32,000 nt of DNA, taken from Candidatus Kuenenia stuttgartensis (GTDB taxonomy: Bacteria > Planctomycetota > Brocadiia > Brocadiales > Brocadiaceae). Shown piece by piece: positions 1 to 9,255 of the stretch. The position numbers were made by a program, and so were the translations under genes. Within the stretch, counting starts at the first letter, position 1; every line of letters begins with the position of its first letter. The stretch is from NCBI RefSeq assembly GCF_900232105.1, contig NZ_LT934425.1, forward strand, positions 3,330,001-3,362,000, in the 5' to 3' direction. The notes below the pieces were generated by a model that saw only the letters and a list, made by a program, of their open reading frames with translations, was not told the origin of the DNA and made no database searches.

Positions 1-878
1 TCAACACGGTAAAAGCGGTTATCAATGCGGACATCGGCAAAGGTTCTGTCAACGGTTCTGGGGATGCGTTTCATGAAGAAGGCAAGAGCGGCGTCCATAT
101 CGACGTGTCGGATGACGGTAAGCCCCTCGTCGTAGCGTTGTTTTGGAGATTGATTGGTTTCGGAGTGGATTCTTGCGTGATAGACAACGGCAAGGTAAGC
201 GGAGAAGGCCTGGTTAATGGCATCAAGGGTGATAATGTCGCCGGAGCGGACTTCCGACTCGAACTGTGTCTGGCTGGTGCCGAAGAAACGTTCGACCAGT
301 CCGCCGGGAGCAGGGTCGCGTGGTGGTCTGTGGATGAGTTTAATGCCGAGGTTGTAACAGGCAGAGCGCAGGGCGTCAGAGTGGTAGACCTTGGCATTGT
401 CGAGGTAGAGTTCTTTGGGCGAGCCGTGGATAGTCCAGGCCCTGATGAGAGAATCGATAAGGATATCGAGGGTTTGTTTGAGATAATACCGTCCTTCGAC
501 CACATAACGGCTGTAGCAGTCGATAAAGAGACAGAGGTTTGTGGGAAGCGCCTCGCCGTCAACGAGCACGAAAGGGCCTTCCTGGAAGTCGCCAATCCAG
601 AGGTCGTGGGTATGCTCACGGCTAAGAGCGTATACGCACCTTTTGCTGTGAGACGCCGAGTTTGAGCCGGGTCGCCCCTGCGAGTCTGAGATGGCGGTAG
701 AGGGTGGATTTGGGGATCGTTTTCCCATAGTATTTCTCAAGAAAGCGGTTGAGGCAATCGTCGCTGCGGCGTGGTTGTTCTTTTTTGAGTTCAACGGCTT
801 TGTCGATAATTTCAGGAGAAAACCTTCTGGATGCGCCACGGTCGCTCCTCGCCTTTCTTGCAAGAGATTGAAATCCAT
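1..878 (-). CDS. Copy A transposase catalytic part (rve/DDE core), 3' end beyond the window; same frame break as copy B
   Basis: Mirror image of 8999-9876 in copy B. The ORF runs off the window edge, so it is absent from the ORF track. Confidence 0.7.
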   Translation of the reverse strand, partial: MDFNLLQERRGATVAHPEGFLLKLSTKPLNSKKNNHAAATIASTAFLRNTMGKRSPNPPSTAISDSQGRPGSNSASHSKRCVYALSREHTHDLWIGDFQEGPFVLVDGEALPTNLCLFIDCYSRYVVEGRYYLKQTLDILIDSLIRAWTIHGSPKELYLDNAKVYHSDALRSACYNLGIKLIHRPPRDPAPGGLVERFFGTSQTQFESEVRSGDIITLDAINQAFSAYLAVVYHARIHSETNQSPKQRYDEGLTVIRHVDMDAALAFFMKRIPRTVDRTFADVRIDNRFYRV

Positions 879-1074
879 CTTTGCGGTAGCGGTTGAGTTT
901 TCTCCTGAGGGTAGAGATAGTGGGTCTTTTCCGCTTTCCGTTGGGGAATACGACCTCCTGAAGGCAGAGTTTTTTCAGAAAAAGGTTGGTCTGCTCCTTC
1001 TCAATCTCACCGAAGATGACAGGATGCAGAAGATTGCACCAGAATAAAGCCCATTTTTCGTCTTTCGATTTCAT
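622..1074 (-). CDS. Copy A transposase N-terminal HTH segment (150 aa)
   Basis: Identical to ORF 8803-9255. Confidence 0.7.
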   Translation of the reverse strand: MKSKDEKWALFWCNLLHPVIFGEIEKEQTNLFLKKLCLQEVVFPNGKRKRPTISTLRRKLNRYRKDGFQSLARKARSDRGASRRFSPEIIDKAVELKKEQPRRSDDCLNRFLEKYYGKTIPKSTLYRHLRLAGATRLKLGVSQQKVRIRS

Positions 1075-1112
1075 AATTCACCTCCTTTTTTAAGTGTGGA
1101 GGTGATTGTAAC

Positions 1113-1751
1113 TCAAGACCAGCCGCTTTTTGTTGCCAGTTCGGGGAAAAATGAATGCCCAAAAATTCGGTGATATTCCGGCTCGGCGCTGAACAATTGA
1201 ATCGATTGATCGAGGGAGGTTTTTCGTTGTTTGCTTTTATACTTTCCGTGGTAAATGGGAAACATTTGGCGAAAAACCGGAGAGTTGGGGTCGGCCTGCC
1301 TGATGAGGTCAAAGGCGTTGCGGAGTGTGTATTTCAGTGAGCCAAAGAAACGCAGCCACCTCCAAACGGTTGACCAGGCAAGCATGCGGTTGTCTATTTC
1401 CTGTGTTCGGGTAGTATATCCGATGGCAGAGGAGACACTCCGGTAGGTTTCTGTATCATCTTTGACATAAGCCTGACTGAAGGAGAGACAGTGATCCTTT
1501 ACGTACCGCTTGTAAGGGAGCGCATACTCAGGATAGGAAGTAAACGTCTTCTTGCACAAGGAACATTTCCAACGTCCCAGGAAAGATTCTATCGTATGAA
1601 CAAGGGAGTCGATAATAACGTGAAACAACCGATATCTGCATTCATGAAGGGTGAAATTGACATGGGTACTCTTGCACTTTGGACAAAAGCATGGCTTCTG
1701 TTTTGTCGCAATAAGCTTTTCATGCTTGTGGATTTTTTCTATAATATTCAC
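1113..1751 (-). CDS. Copy A element-encoded zinc-ribbon protein (212 aa), function unknown
   Basis: Identical to ORF 8126-8764. Two CxxC pairs (CPKC ... CSLC). Confidence 0.7.
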   Translation of the reverse strand: MNIIEKIHKHEKLIATKQKPCFCPKCKSTHVNFTLHECRYRLFHVIIDSLVHTIESFLGRWKCSLCKKTFTSYPEYALPYKRYVKDHCLSFSQAYVKDDTETYRSVSSAIGYTTRTQEIDNRMLAWSTVWRWLRFFGSLKYTLRNAFDLIRQADPNSPVFRQMFPIYHGKYKSKQRKTSLDQSIQLFSAEPEYHRIFGHSFFPELATKSGWS

Positions 1752-2159
1752 GCACTGCCTCCTTTGTATAGGGGGGAAATGGGCAGGAGGATGAAGTTTC
1801 CCAACGTTCGGTCCTCCTGCCCTGAGTTTTTTATGTTCCGGAAAAATCTTACAAAACTTGTCCTCGTGAAAACGGGGAACTGGGAAGTAAACCGCCGTTA
1901 GGAAGTTTGGAAGTGGTTTTAACCCCTTCCAAACTATTTAATGAGGCTTTACTCCGCCTTACGGACGGAACTTCTTTCTAACGGGGTAAACGATGTATTT
2001 TTCTTAACGTGAACAAAAAATCAAGTGAAATACTTACGCAGGATAAAAAAAAGGCGGGGTAGCTGGGTAAGATTTTTCAAATCATTTGCTGGGTATTAGA
2101 CTCAAATATTCTGAGACTAATTGGGCATTTTTGGAGCATTTATTCTAAGACGTAGCAGC

Positions 2160-2566
2160 TGGGAACTGATGAGTCAGAAAAATACCGGCAAAGGTATAGG
2201 AAGATACTCCAAAACGCAGAAGCCGAAAGCCCTCCTCCTGATGAAACGAACCGTAAGGGAAAAAGGGGGAGGGTAAAAAGGACAAAGGCACGGAATCTTC
2301 TGGAACGATTGAGGACGTATGAGGGTGATGTGTTGAGGTTTATGGACAATAAAAATGTTCCCTTTACGAACAATTTGGCAGAAAACGATATCAGGATGAC
2401 GAAGGTTCAGCAGAAGATATCTGGCTGTTTTCGTTCTTTGGAGGGAGCGAAAATTTTCTGCCGCATTCGGAGTTATCTCTCGACCTGTCGAAAACAAGGT
2501 GTAAATTTGAGCCGGGCATTACAGATGCTATTCCGTGGCGAATTGCCTGATTTTGCTAGCTCGTAG
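2160..2566 (+). pseudogene. IS66-family transposase (TnpC) C-terminal remnant, truncated by insertion of transposon copy A
   Basis: Translation ...KRGRVKRTKARNLLERLRTYEGDVLRFMDNKNVPFTNNLAENDIRMTKVQQKISGCFRSLEGAKIFCRIRSYLSTCRKQG matches the conserved IS66 TnpC C-terminus. Homology starts exactly where copy A ends. Confidence 0.75.
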
Positions 2567-2780
2567 CGACAGTGGGTGAAAATACGCTGAATAGATACGA
2601 AAAAAGGGCGTATGATAAAGAAACAACAGTAATAGCATCTGGTCAATTTGAGCGAACACATGATTATCGAAATTCAAATCTATTAGATAGCACGATCGAG
2701 CTTTTAAAAGGGTTTTTCCGAAGTTAATCCAGGGAAGGTGTCTGGAGTTTTGATACCAAGAATTACGGAAAGAGAAGTCA

Positions 2781-3053
2781 TTGGATCACTCACTGCATTA
2801 TGTAAATAAACTTGGCGATGATATAAGAGTATTTCCTGAATACTCTATAGAATTAAAAGGAAGTAATGGCCAATATAGAGCAGATTTTTTATTTGAGAAA
2901 GCCGAGGAAAGGCTGTTAATTGAGAGCAAACAATGTAGCGATGTTTCAAAGCGTCATCTTAGTGATGGTTCTGACCAATTGTCAGCATATTATGGCTGCA
3001 TCTGGCATAGAAAAATGGTGTTCTTTATATTCCACCGCTTTCTCATGGAGTAG
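2781..3053 (+). pseudogene. Fragment with a PD-(D/E)xK / HsdR-N-terminal-like nuclease motif
   Basis: Motif RADFLFE...RLLIESK resembles the D...(D/E)xK core. The ORF is short, uses a non-ATG start and decays downstream. Confidence 0.3.
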
Positions 3054-3223
3054 AAATGGAAGTGGCTCGTATTGAGAGAATGGTTGAGAATAAAATATAT
3101 AACCTAAATCCTGCAAACAAGGCAAAGCCTTGTTGCAGGAATAGGATTGAAATGGTAGGATTTCCAAGGTATTCGGCGGTATATTGATAACAAAAAACAC
3201 CTGAAAGGAGATTCACCATTTCG

Positions 3224-4561
3224 ATGAAGAATATAGCAAAAAAATACAGCAAAAGACAACCGAAAATCAAGGCAGAGATGAGCGGGAAAGGCTTAACGGT
3301 ACATGCAGGGCTTTTACCGGTATTGAATTTTATGGGTAAGCTGATGTTCCGGGAGAGAGTCCATGAAGCGGTCCATAAGGATCGTGGAGCAAATGCCCGG
3401 TATCAGTTTGTCGATGCGGTACAAATGGTAGTGATAGGGTTGATAGCAGGGGCGACATCGATGGTAGAGGTGATGAAGGTGTGTACAGATGAGGTATTGA
3501 AGAAGATGTCCGGGTGGAAAGAGGTACCTGTAGATACTACGATAGGACGTATTATGAAGCTGGCGAGTCAGGGAGATATAGTGGAACTGACGGGGGTGAT
3601 CCACCGGTTTAGGGGAAAGATATGGAAGCGTGCGGTGAGATCAGGCCATAAACTCAGGAGTGCTCTTTGCGAAGTATGGATAGATGTTGATTCTACCGTA
3701 GATGGTGTATATGGGAAACAGGAGGGTGCAGAGGTAGGATATAATCCGCACAAGAAGGGGCAGAAGGCGTATCATTCCTTAATGGCATTTATTGCAGAAA
3801 CAAAGGAGGTATTACATAGTTGGTTCCGCTGTGGAAGCGCCTACACGAGTAACGGAGTAGTAGAGTTCATGAAGGAATGTATGGCGTACATGAATAAGGG
3901 GGTAAGGGTGGTATTTCGAGGAGACAGCGGTTTTTTTACCGGAGAATTACTTGAATACCTTGAGTCAATATTGGCGGGATATCTGATTAAGGTAAAGCTG
4001 AAGAATCTGGAAGGATTGCTTGAAGGGCAGAAATGGAATGAGGTGAAAGGGGAGCCAGGATGGGAACAGGCTGAATTTTGGTATCGATGTGCAGGGTGGG
4101 ATCGTGCGAGACGTTTTGTGGCAGTGCGGCAATTGGTCAAAAGAGAAAAGAAATTAGTAGAAGTGTCCGTGTATGAGTATTTTTGTTACGTTACAACGGA
4201 GCGGTTAAGTCCGATGGAAGCGCATCGTTGTTATGGAAAGAGGGCTACCTGCGAGACTTTGATAGAAGAGAGTAAAGGACAGATGAATGCGGGGCACATA
4301 CGTACGGGTGAATTTTTGGCCAATGCTGCGCTATTTCAGTGTGCGGTGTTAGCGTATAATCTTTTGAAGTGGATGGGATTGCTCAGTGGTGGAGTGATAC
4401 AAAAGTGGGAAGTAAAGACGATGAGACTGTGGTTAATCCGTGTGGCAGGGAAACTGGTGGAGAGAAGCCGGCAGATGACATTAAAATTGCCGGAGAAATT
4501 TCTCCATCAGGAGGAATGGGAAAAGTGGGAACGCATGTCACTGGATGTAGTTTTTCAGTAG
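3224..4561 (+). CDS. IS1380-family DDE transposase (445 aa)
   Basis: Motifs WIDVDSTVDGVYGKQEGAEVGYNPHKKGQKAYHSL, FRGDSGFF and the C-terminal ...ANAALFQCAVLAYNLLKW are typical of IS1380. A candidate imperfect IR is GGCGGTATATTGATAAC (about 3177) versus GTGGTAAGTATACCGCAG (about 4606-4623). Confidence 0.8.
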   Translation: MKNIAKKYSKRQPKIKAEMSGKGLTVHAGLLPVLNFMGKLMFRERVHEAVHKDRGANARYQFVDAVQMVVIGLIAGATSMVEVMKVCTDEVLKKMSGWKEVPVDTTIGRIMKLASQGDIVELTGVIHRFRGKIWKRAVRSGHKLRSALCEVWIDVDSTVDGVYGKQEGAEVGYNPHKKGQKAYHSLMAFIAETKEVLHSWFRCGSAYTSNGVVEFMKECMAYMNKGVRVVFRGDSGFFTGELLEYLESILAGYLIKVKLKNLEGLLEGQKWNEVKGEPGWEQAEFWYRCAGWDRARRFVAVRQLVKREKKLVEVSVYEYFCYVTTERLSPMEAHRCYGKRATCETLIEESKGQMNAGHIRTGEFLANAALFQCAVLAYNLLKWMGLLSGGVIQKWEVKTMRLWLIRVAGKLVERSRQMTLKLPEKFLHQEEWEKWERMSLDVVFQ

Positions 4562-4956
4562 AAAACCGACGTTGTATTTCGTTTTTTTAGTCTTTTGAGA
4601 GTGGTAAGTATACCGCAGATGGAGACAGTACATCCCTATCTTGATTTTCATTGCATCAGAGAGCACGTTTCCGACAATTTCCCATGTCTTTTTGTTTAAA
4701 GTAGTACAATAGCGCTACCACAATTGCTAAAAAACGGATATCTGTTATCGCTTTTTGCCAATCTTGGTAGTGGAAAATACTGATTTTCGCATTGCGAAAA
4801 TCGTTTGCAGGATTTAGGTATAAAATTATACAAACCTTTCCAAAAAAAATACCTAACACGTAGCATAAACATGGGGACAATTCCCATATTAGAAAACAAT
4901 ACGGGGGTTGTCCCCGTATTTCCGAACAGACGTAGTTAAAAAAGGGGAATAAGAAA

Positions 4957-5442
4957 ATGGATATATATGAATTTGCAATGCAGATGGAAAAAGACGGTGA
5001 AAAGTATTACCGTGATTCGGTCCAAAAAATTAACAACGCAGGGCTTAAAAACATACTGTGTCTACTGGCAGATGCTGAAGTGAAGCATTACAATATTCTT
5101 CAGAAAATGAAAGAAAATGAAAAAATTCACATGTCTGATACACAATTATTATCAAACGTAAAAAATATATTTATACAAATGAAAGAAGAGAAAGACACAT
5201 TCGGTGTTACTATCTCGCAAATAGATTTATATAAAAAGGCTCAGGATATTGAGAAAAAGAGCAAAGAATTTTATTTAGAAAAAGCGGAGGAAGTAAAAGA
5301 CCAATCTCGAAGATCACTATTTTTGAAGATTGCAGAGGAAGAAAAAAAACACTATTCAATACTGGAAAACATAATCAATTTCGTATCCCGACCGCAGAAT
5401 TGGCTTGAAAATGCCGAGTGGTTCCATTTGGAAGAATATTGA
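4957..5442 (+). CDS. Rubrerythrin/ferritin-like diiron-fold protein (161 aa, no rubredoxin domain)
   Basis: Two-fold repeat of E...(A)EE.KH helices (LADAEVKHY ... IAEEEKKHY). RBS-like aaggggaataagaaaATG. Confidence 0.7.
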   Translation: MDIYEFAMQMEKDGEKYYRDSVQKINNAGLKNILCLLADAEVKHYNILQKMKENEKIHMSDTQLLSNVKNIFIQMKEEKDTFGVTISQIDLYKKAQDIEKKSKEFYLEKAEEVKDQSRRSLFLKIAEEEKKHYSILENIINFVSRPQNWLENAEWFHLEEY

Positions 5443-5493
5443 AGAAGTTGGTAATTACTTTTGTCGGTCAGGTTCGTCAGCGTCCTTTTTTGC

Positions 5494-5694
5494 TTACGCA
5501 CCTATTTCTTTTAAATCTTTTAACACTTCCTTTGCGTGATCAGCAGGTTTTACCTTTTCATAAATTTTCGCGATGTTGCCCTTAGGATCGATTTAAAATG
5601 ACGTTCTAATGGCTCCCATATGTTCTTTCCTCATGAATTTTTTCGTTCTCCATTGAGATATACTGTAAGAGTTCATAAATAGGGATTTCCAGAA
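5494..5694 (-). pseudogene. Peroxiredoxin Bcp C-terminal remnant with an in-frame TAA
   Basis: Minus-strand translation ...SYSISQWRTKKFMRKEHMGAIRTSF*IDPKGNIAKIYEKVKPADHAKEVLKDLKEIGA*. The in-frame stop is at 5593-5595 and the N-terminal two thirds are missing. Confidence 0.55.
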
Positions 5695-5815
5695 TTAGGT
5701 TTAACTTCTGTCAGTACAAATAGCTATAGCATTTTTGTAATCACATTTTGTGGACACCTTGAGTATAGTTTCAACAGTTTAAAAATCAAATTCCAATACC
5801 GTTCACGAAAACTGC

Positions 5816-5861
5816 ATGCTTCTCGATGAGCGCCTTTATAAAGGCGCTCATCGAGAAGCAT
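5816..5861. repeat. Perfect 46-bp palindrome (23-bp arms, no spacer)
   Basis: ATGCTTCTCGATGAGCGCCTTTA|TAAAGGCGCTCATCGAGAAGCAT, checked base by base. Confidence 0.95.
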
Positions 5862-5880
5862 TTTCTCAGAGGTCGGACTT

Positions 5881-6150
5881 ATATTTCCTGCGAACTATGC
5901 AAGCATCGGAACTGGGTGCAGCCCAATGGCAAACATAAAGAATACGCAGCACTGGGAGTATCTCTTCCATCACTATCACTACCTCGGCAATCCCCGGCTT
6001 GTTGGCGAACACCTCAGACACATCGTACGTATCGGCAATCAGGTTGTTGCCTGCCTGGGGTGGGCAAGCGCCGTATGGAAGGTCAAAGACCGTGATCGTC
6101 TCATTGAATGGGATGAGACTACTAAACCGTACGCACTTAGGCACTGTCCA
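5881..6150 (+). pseudogene. DUF4338-like (DruA-type) domain fragment, truncated at both sides
   Basis: ...WEYLFHHYHYLGNPRLVGEHLRHIVRIGNQVVACLGWASAVWKVKDRDRLIEWDE parallels residues ...WRSMLEAHHYLGSGPLCGAQLRYLVRSEYYGWIGGLSYSACARRVESRDEWIGWTE of the 12872-15064 protein. Confidence 0.55.
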
Positions 6151-6175
6151 AAAATAATTTGGTATTTTTATTAAT

Positions 6176-6838
6176 TTAGTTAAGTGAAATTGTATAATTC
6201 CAATCTGGCAAGACACTGTGTTTGTTTATGTTTATTTCTTTCATTTGGTCATCAGTGATTTTGATTCCTTTTTGGTATTCTTTCTCGTTAAGAATGGTTT
6301 GTACGAGAAGACCCGCTGTTGTTGTAGTGCCAGCAATTAAACTTAGCATAACATCATAAGACCTCAAAGGATTCCCCTCCCAATTTTTACTGATAAAACT
6401 AAACAGACGATGTTCTACCGGATTCCATTTTGATGCTCCTGAGGGATAGTGGCAAATCCTGATGGAGAGTCCGTAAACTTTACAAATATTTTGATAAAGC
6501 GCATATTTCCACAACCGGGGACGAAATCCGTTGCTCCCTCCTGCGTCACAAAGAATAAGGAGTTCTTTTGCGCATGGATACCTCTTCCAACCAAATTCAT
6601 CCAGCCAAATCTTAATTGACTCGACTGCAAATTCCGGTGTGTCATAGGACGTACCAACAATAACTGTCCCTAAATTAGTCAGCAATTCATAGATACCAAA
6701 CGGACATCCAACACCAATTGCCTGAGAACGAAAATCATGGGCCAAAACTTCATTTACTATTTTTGTCCACGCCTTGCCCTCATTTCTGAAATTACCTATC
6801 AATTCCTTTTTCTTACTGTCAACACTGATTATTGGCAC
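6176..6838 (-). pseudogene. ISAzo13-family (Rhodopirellula-type DDE) transposase, C-terminal ~220 aa only
   Basis: ISVDSKKKELIGNFRNEGKAW ... CDAGGSNG ... HYPSGASKWNPVEHRLFS motifs. There is a stop just upstream of the first homologous residues, and the N-terminal half is absent. Confidence 0.75.
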
Positions 6839-7248
6839 GGCAACGTCAAAGTCACCCTACGAAAGACGCGGATCAAGAATTTGTGCCAAAAGCTCCCATC
6901 AATAAGTGGAGAAGAAAGTAAAAAACGATAGAATTCCCATATAAATCGGCAGAAATGAGCAAAACAAGCAAAATGTAACGGGAGTATCCCTGTGGTAACG
7001 AAAGAGATAGTAAAAAAATAAAGGCTTTTTTTTGTTCTCTACATTACAAGCGAAGCATTTGAAGTGCAAGAAAAGGTCTTGCCGCAAAATTTCTGAGCGT
7101 CTTTGCTCGCAGCCTATAATGCTGCATTGCTAAATGGGTGAAAGTCCCATATCGGAAATTGGTTGTTTGACCGATTAGCTATATCTGACATATTGTAACG
7201 GATGTTCACCCCAAGTCAAAAAACAAAAGTGCCGTAAAAGCCTTATAT

Positions 7249-7712
7249 TTATTGACTTTTACGCCGAACAGCAAGCTTTTTTCTAGTGACTACCCGTATG
7301 TTCCGGCTTGGCAATACTTCTGGCAACTTTATCTGTAATGCCTCTAATAATTCATGTGATTGTTGCCGCGGACACGGGATCTTCTGGCAACTAGCTTTTT
7401 GGCCTTTGATTGTTACTTCCATCGAACAAATGGTCGTCAATTGTGCGAGACCTTCCTCTACCGTCAAGTCAAAATTCTTCCACGCTCTGCGCAGCCTTCG
7501 AATTATCATGTACGCAAGCATTACCACAAACACATGTCCCCGTGTACTATCCTCCTTTCTTACATACACCGGACGAACCTCCAAATTCACCGTCTTACAG
7601 TCCCGAAACGCCTTCTCCACTTCCGTTAAATCCTTGTATCGTTCATGTACCAGATTGGTATCCGCCTCGTTCTCCTCAAGATCAGTCTTGATTGCGTAAC
7701 AACCATCAAGAT
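7249..7712 (-). pseudogene. IS1634 no. 1 transposase, C-terminal fragment
   Basis: Minus-strand translation YLDGCYAIKTDLEENEADTNLVHERYKDLTEVEKAFRDCKTVNLEVRPVYVRKEDSTRGHVFVVMLAYMI... Confidence 0.8.
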
Positions 7713-8054
7713 ATGATGCTGCTACGTCTTAGAATAAATGCTCCAAAAATGCCCAATTAGTCTCAGAATATTTGAGTCTAATACCCAGCAAATGATTTGA
7801 AAAATCTTACCCAGCTACCCCGCCTTTTTTTTATCCTGCGTAAGTATTTCACTTGATTTTTTGTTCACGTTAAGAAAAATACATCGTTTACCCCGTTAGA
7901 AAGAAGTTCCGTCCGTAAGGCGGAGTAAAGCCTCATTAAATAGTTTGGAAGGGGTTAAAACCACTTCCAAACTTCCTAACGGCGGTTTACTTCCCAGTTC
8001 CCCGTTTTCACGAGGACAAGTTTTGTAAGATTTTTCCGGAACATAAAAAACTCA

Positions 8055-8096
8055 GGGCAGGAGGACCGAACGTTGGGAAACTTCATCCTCCTGCCC
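8055..8096 (+). promoter_or_regulatory. 11-bp perfect stem hairpin (GGGCAGGAGGA / TCCTCCTGCCC, 20-nt loop) about 15 nt upstream of the RBS of the first transposon gene
   Basis: The stem contains an SD-like AGGAGG and an anti-SD-like CCUCCU. The true RBS AAGGAGG lies about 15 nt downstream, so alternative pairing is possible. Confidence 0.35.
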
Positions 8097-8125
8097 ATTT
8101 CCCCCCTATACAAAGGAGGCAGTGC

Positions 8126-8764
8126 GTGAATATTATAGAAAAAATCCACAAGCATGAAAAGCTTATTGCGACAAAACAGAAGCCATGCTTTTGTCCAAAG
8201 TGCAAGAGTACCCATGTCAATTTCACCCTTCATGAATGCAGATATCGGTTGTTTCACGTTATTATCGACTCCCTTGTTCATACGATAGAATCTTTCCTGG
8301 GACGTTGGAAATGTTCCTTGTGCAAGAAGACGTTTACTTCCTATCCTGAGTATGCGCTCCCTTACAAGCGGTACGTAAAGGATCACTGTCTCTCCTTCAG
8401 TCAGGCTTATGTCAAAGATGATACAGAAACCTACCGGAGTGTCTCCTCTGCCATCGGATATACTACCCGAACACAGGAAATAGACAACCGCATGCTTGCC
8501 TGGTCAACCGTTTGGAGGTGGCTGCGTTTCTTTGGCTCACTGAAATACACACTCCGCAACGCCTTTGACCTCATCAGGCAGGCCGACCCCAACTCTCCGG
8601 TTTTTCGCCAAATGTTTCCCATTTACCACGGAAAGTATAAAAGCAAACAACGAAAAACCTCCCTCGATCAATCGATTCAATTGTTCAGCGCCGAGCCGGA
8701 ATATCACCGAATTTTTGGGCATTCATTTTTCCCCGAACTGGCAACAAAAAGCGGCTGGTCTTGA
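8126..8764 (+). CDS. Transposon-encoded zinc-ribbon protein (212 aa, GTG start), function unknown
   Basis: CFCPKCKSTH...HEC and CSLCKK motifs. Preceded by caaaggaggcagtgcGTG. First gene of the element. Confidence 0.65.
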   Translation: MNIIEKIHKHEKLIATKQKPCFCPKCKSTHVNFTLHECRYRLFHVIIDSLVHTIESFLGRWKCSLCKKTFTSYPEYALPYKRYVKDHCLSFSQAYVKDDTETYRSVSSAIGYTTRTQEIDNRMLAWSTVWRWLRFFGSLKYTLRNAFDLIRQADPNSPVFRQMFPIYHGKYKSKQRKTSLDQSIQLFSAEPEYHRIFGHSFFPELATKSGWS

Positions 8765-8802
8765 GTTACAATCACCTCCACACTTAAAAAAGGAGGTGAA
8801 TT

Positions 8803-9255
8803 ATGAAATCGAAAGACGAAAAATGGGCTTTATTCTGGTGCAATCTTCTGCATCCTGTCATCTTCGGTGAGATTGAGAAGGAGCAGACCAACCTTTTTCT
8901 GAAAAAACTCTGCCTTCAGGAGGTCGTATTCCCCAACGGAAAGCGGAAAAGACCCACTATCTCTACCCTCAGGAGAAAACTCAACCGCTACCGCAAAGAT
9001 GGATTTCAATCTCTTGCAAGAAAGGCGAGGAGCGACCGTGGCGCATCCAGAAGGTTTTCTCCTGAAATTATCGACAAAGCCGTTGAACTCAAAAAAGAAC
9101 AACCACGCCGCAGCGACGATTGCCTCAACCGCTTTCTTGAGAAATACTATGGGAAAACGATCCCCAAATCCACCCTCTACCGCCATCTCAGACTCGCAGG
9201 GGCGACCCGGCTCAAACTCGGCGTCTCACAGCAAAAGGTGCGTATACGCTCTTAG
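8803..9255 (+). CDS. Transposase N-terminal HTH/DNA-binding segment (150 aa), ends at TAG 9253-9255
   Basis: RBS aaaggaggtgaattATG. RSDRGASRRFSPEIIDKAVELKKEQPRRS...IPKSTLYRHL resembles the MuA/TnsB/TniA N-terminal HTH region. Confidence 0.7.
   Translation: MKSKDEKWALFWCNLLHPVIFGEIEKEQTNLFLKKLCLQEVVFPNGKRKRPTISTLRRKLNRYRKDGFQSLARKARSDRGASRRFSPEIIDKAVELKKEQPRRSDDCLNRFLEKYYGKTIPKSTLYRHLRLAGATRLKLGVSQQKVRIRS

Larger units (their letters stand above)
1..2159 (-). mobile_element. Copy A (partial, cut by window start) of a ~3.8-kb Mu/Tn552-like transposon; reverse complement of 7718-9876
   Basis: Position x pairs with 9877-x. All six-frame ORFs in 71-1901 are amino-acid identical to those in 7976-9806. 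A base-by-base check of 1901-2159 against 7718-7976 found no mismatch. Identity stops at 2159/2160. Confidence 0.9.

Noticed and set aside
2160-7717. Segment between the two transposon copies as a bona fide composite transposon
   Set aside because: Both inward-facing termini are the same (left) end, and copy B has its own intact duplication. Two independent insertions is the simpler explanation.
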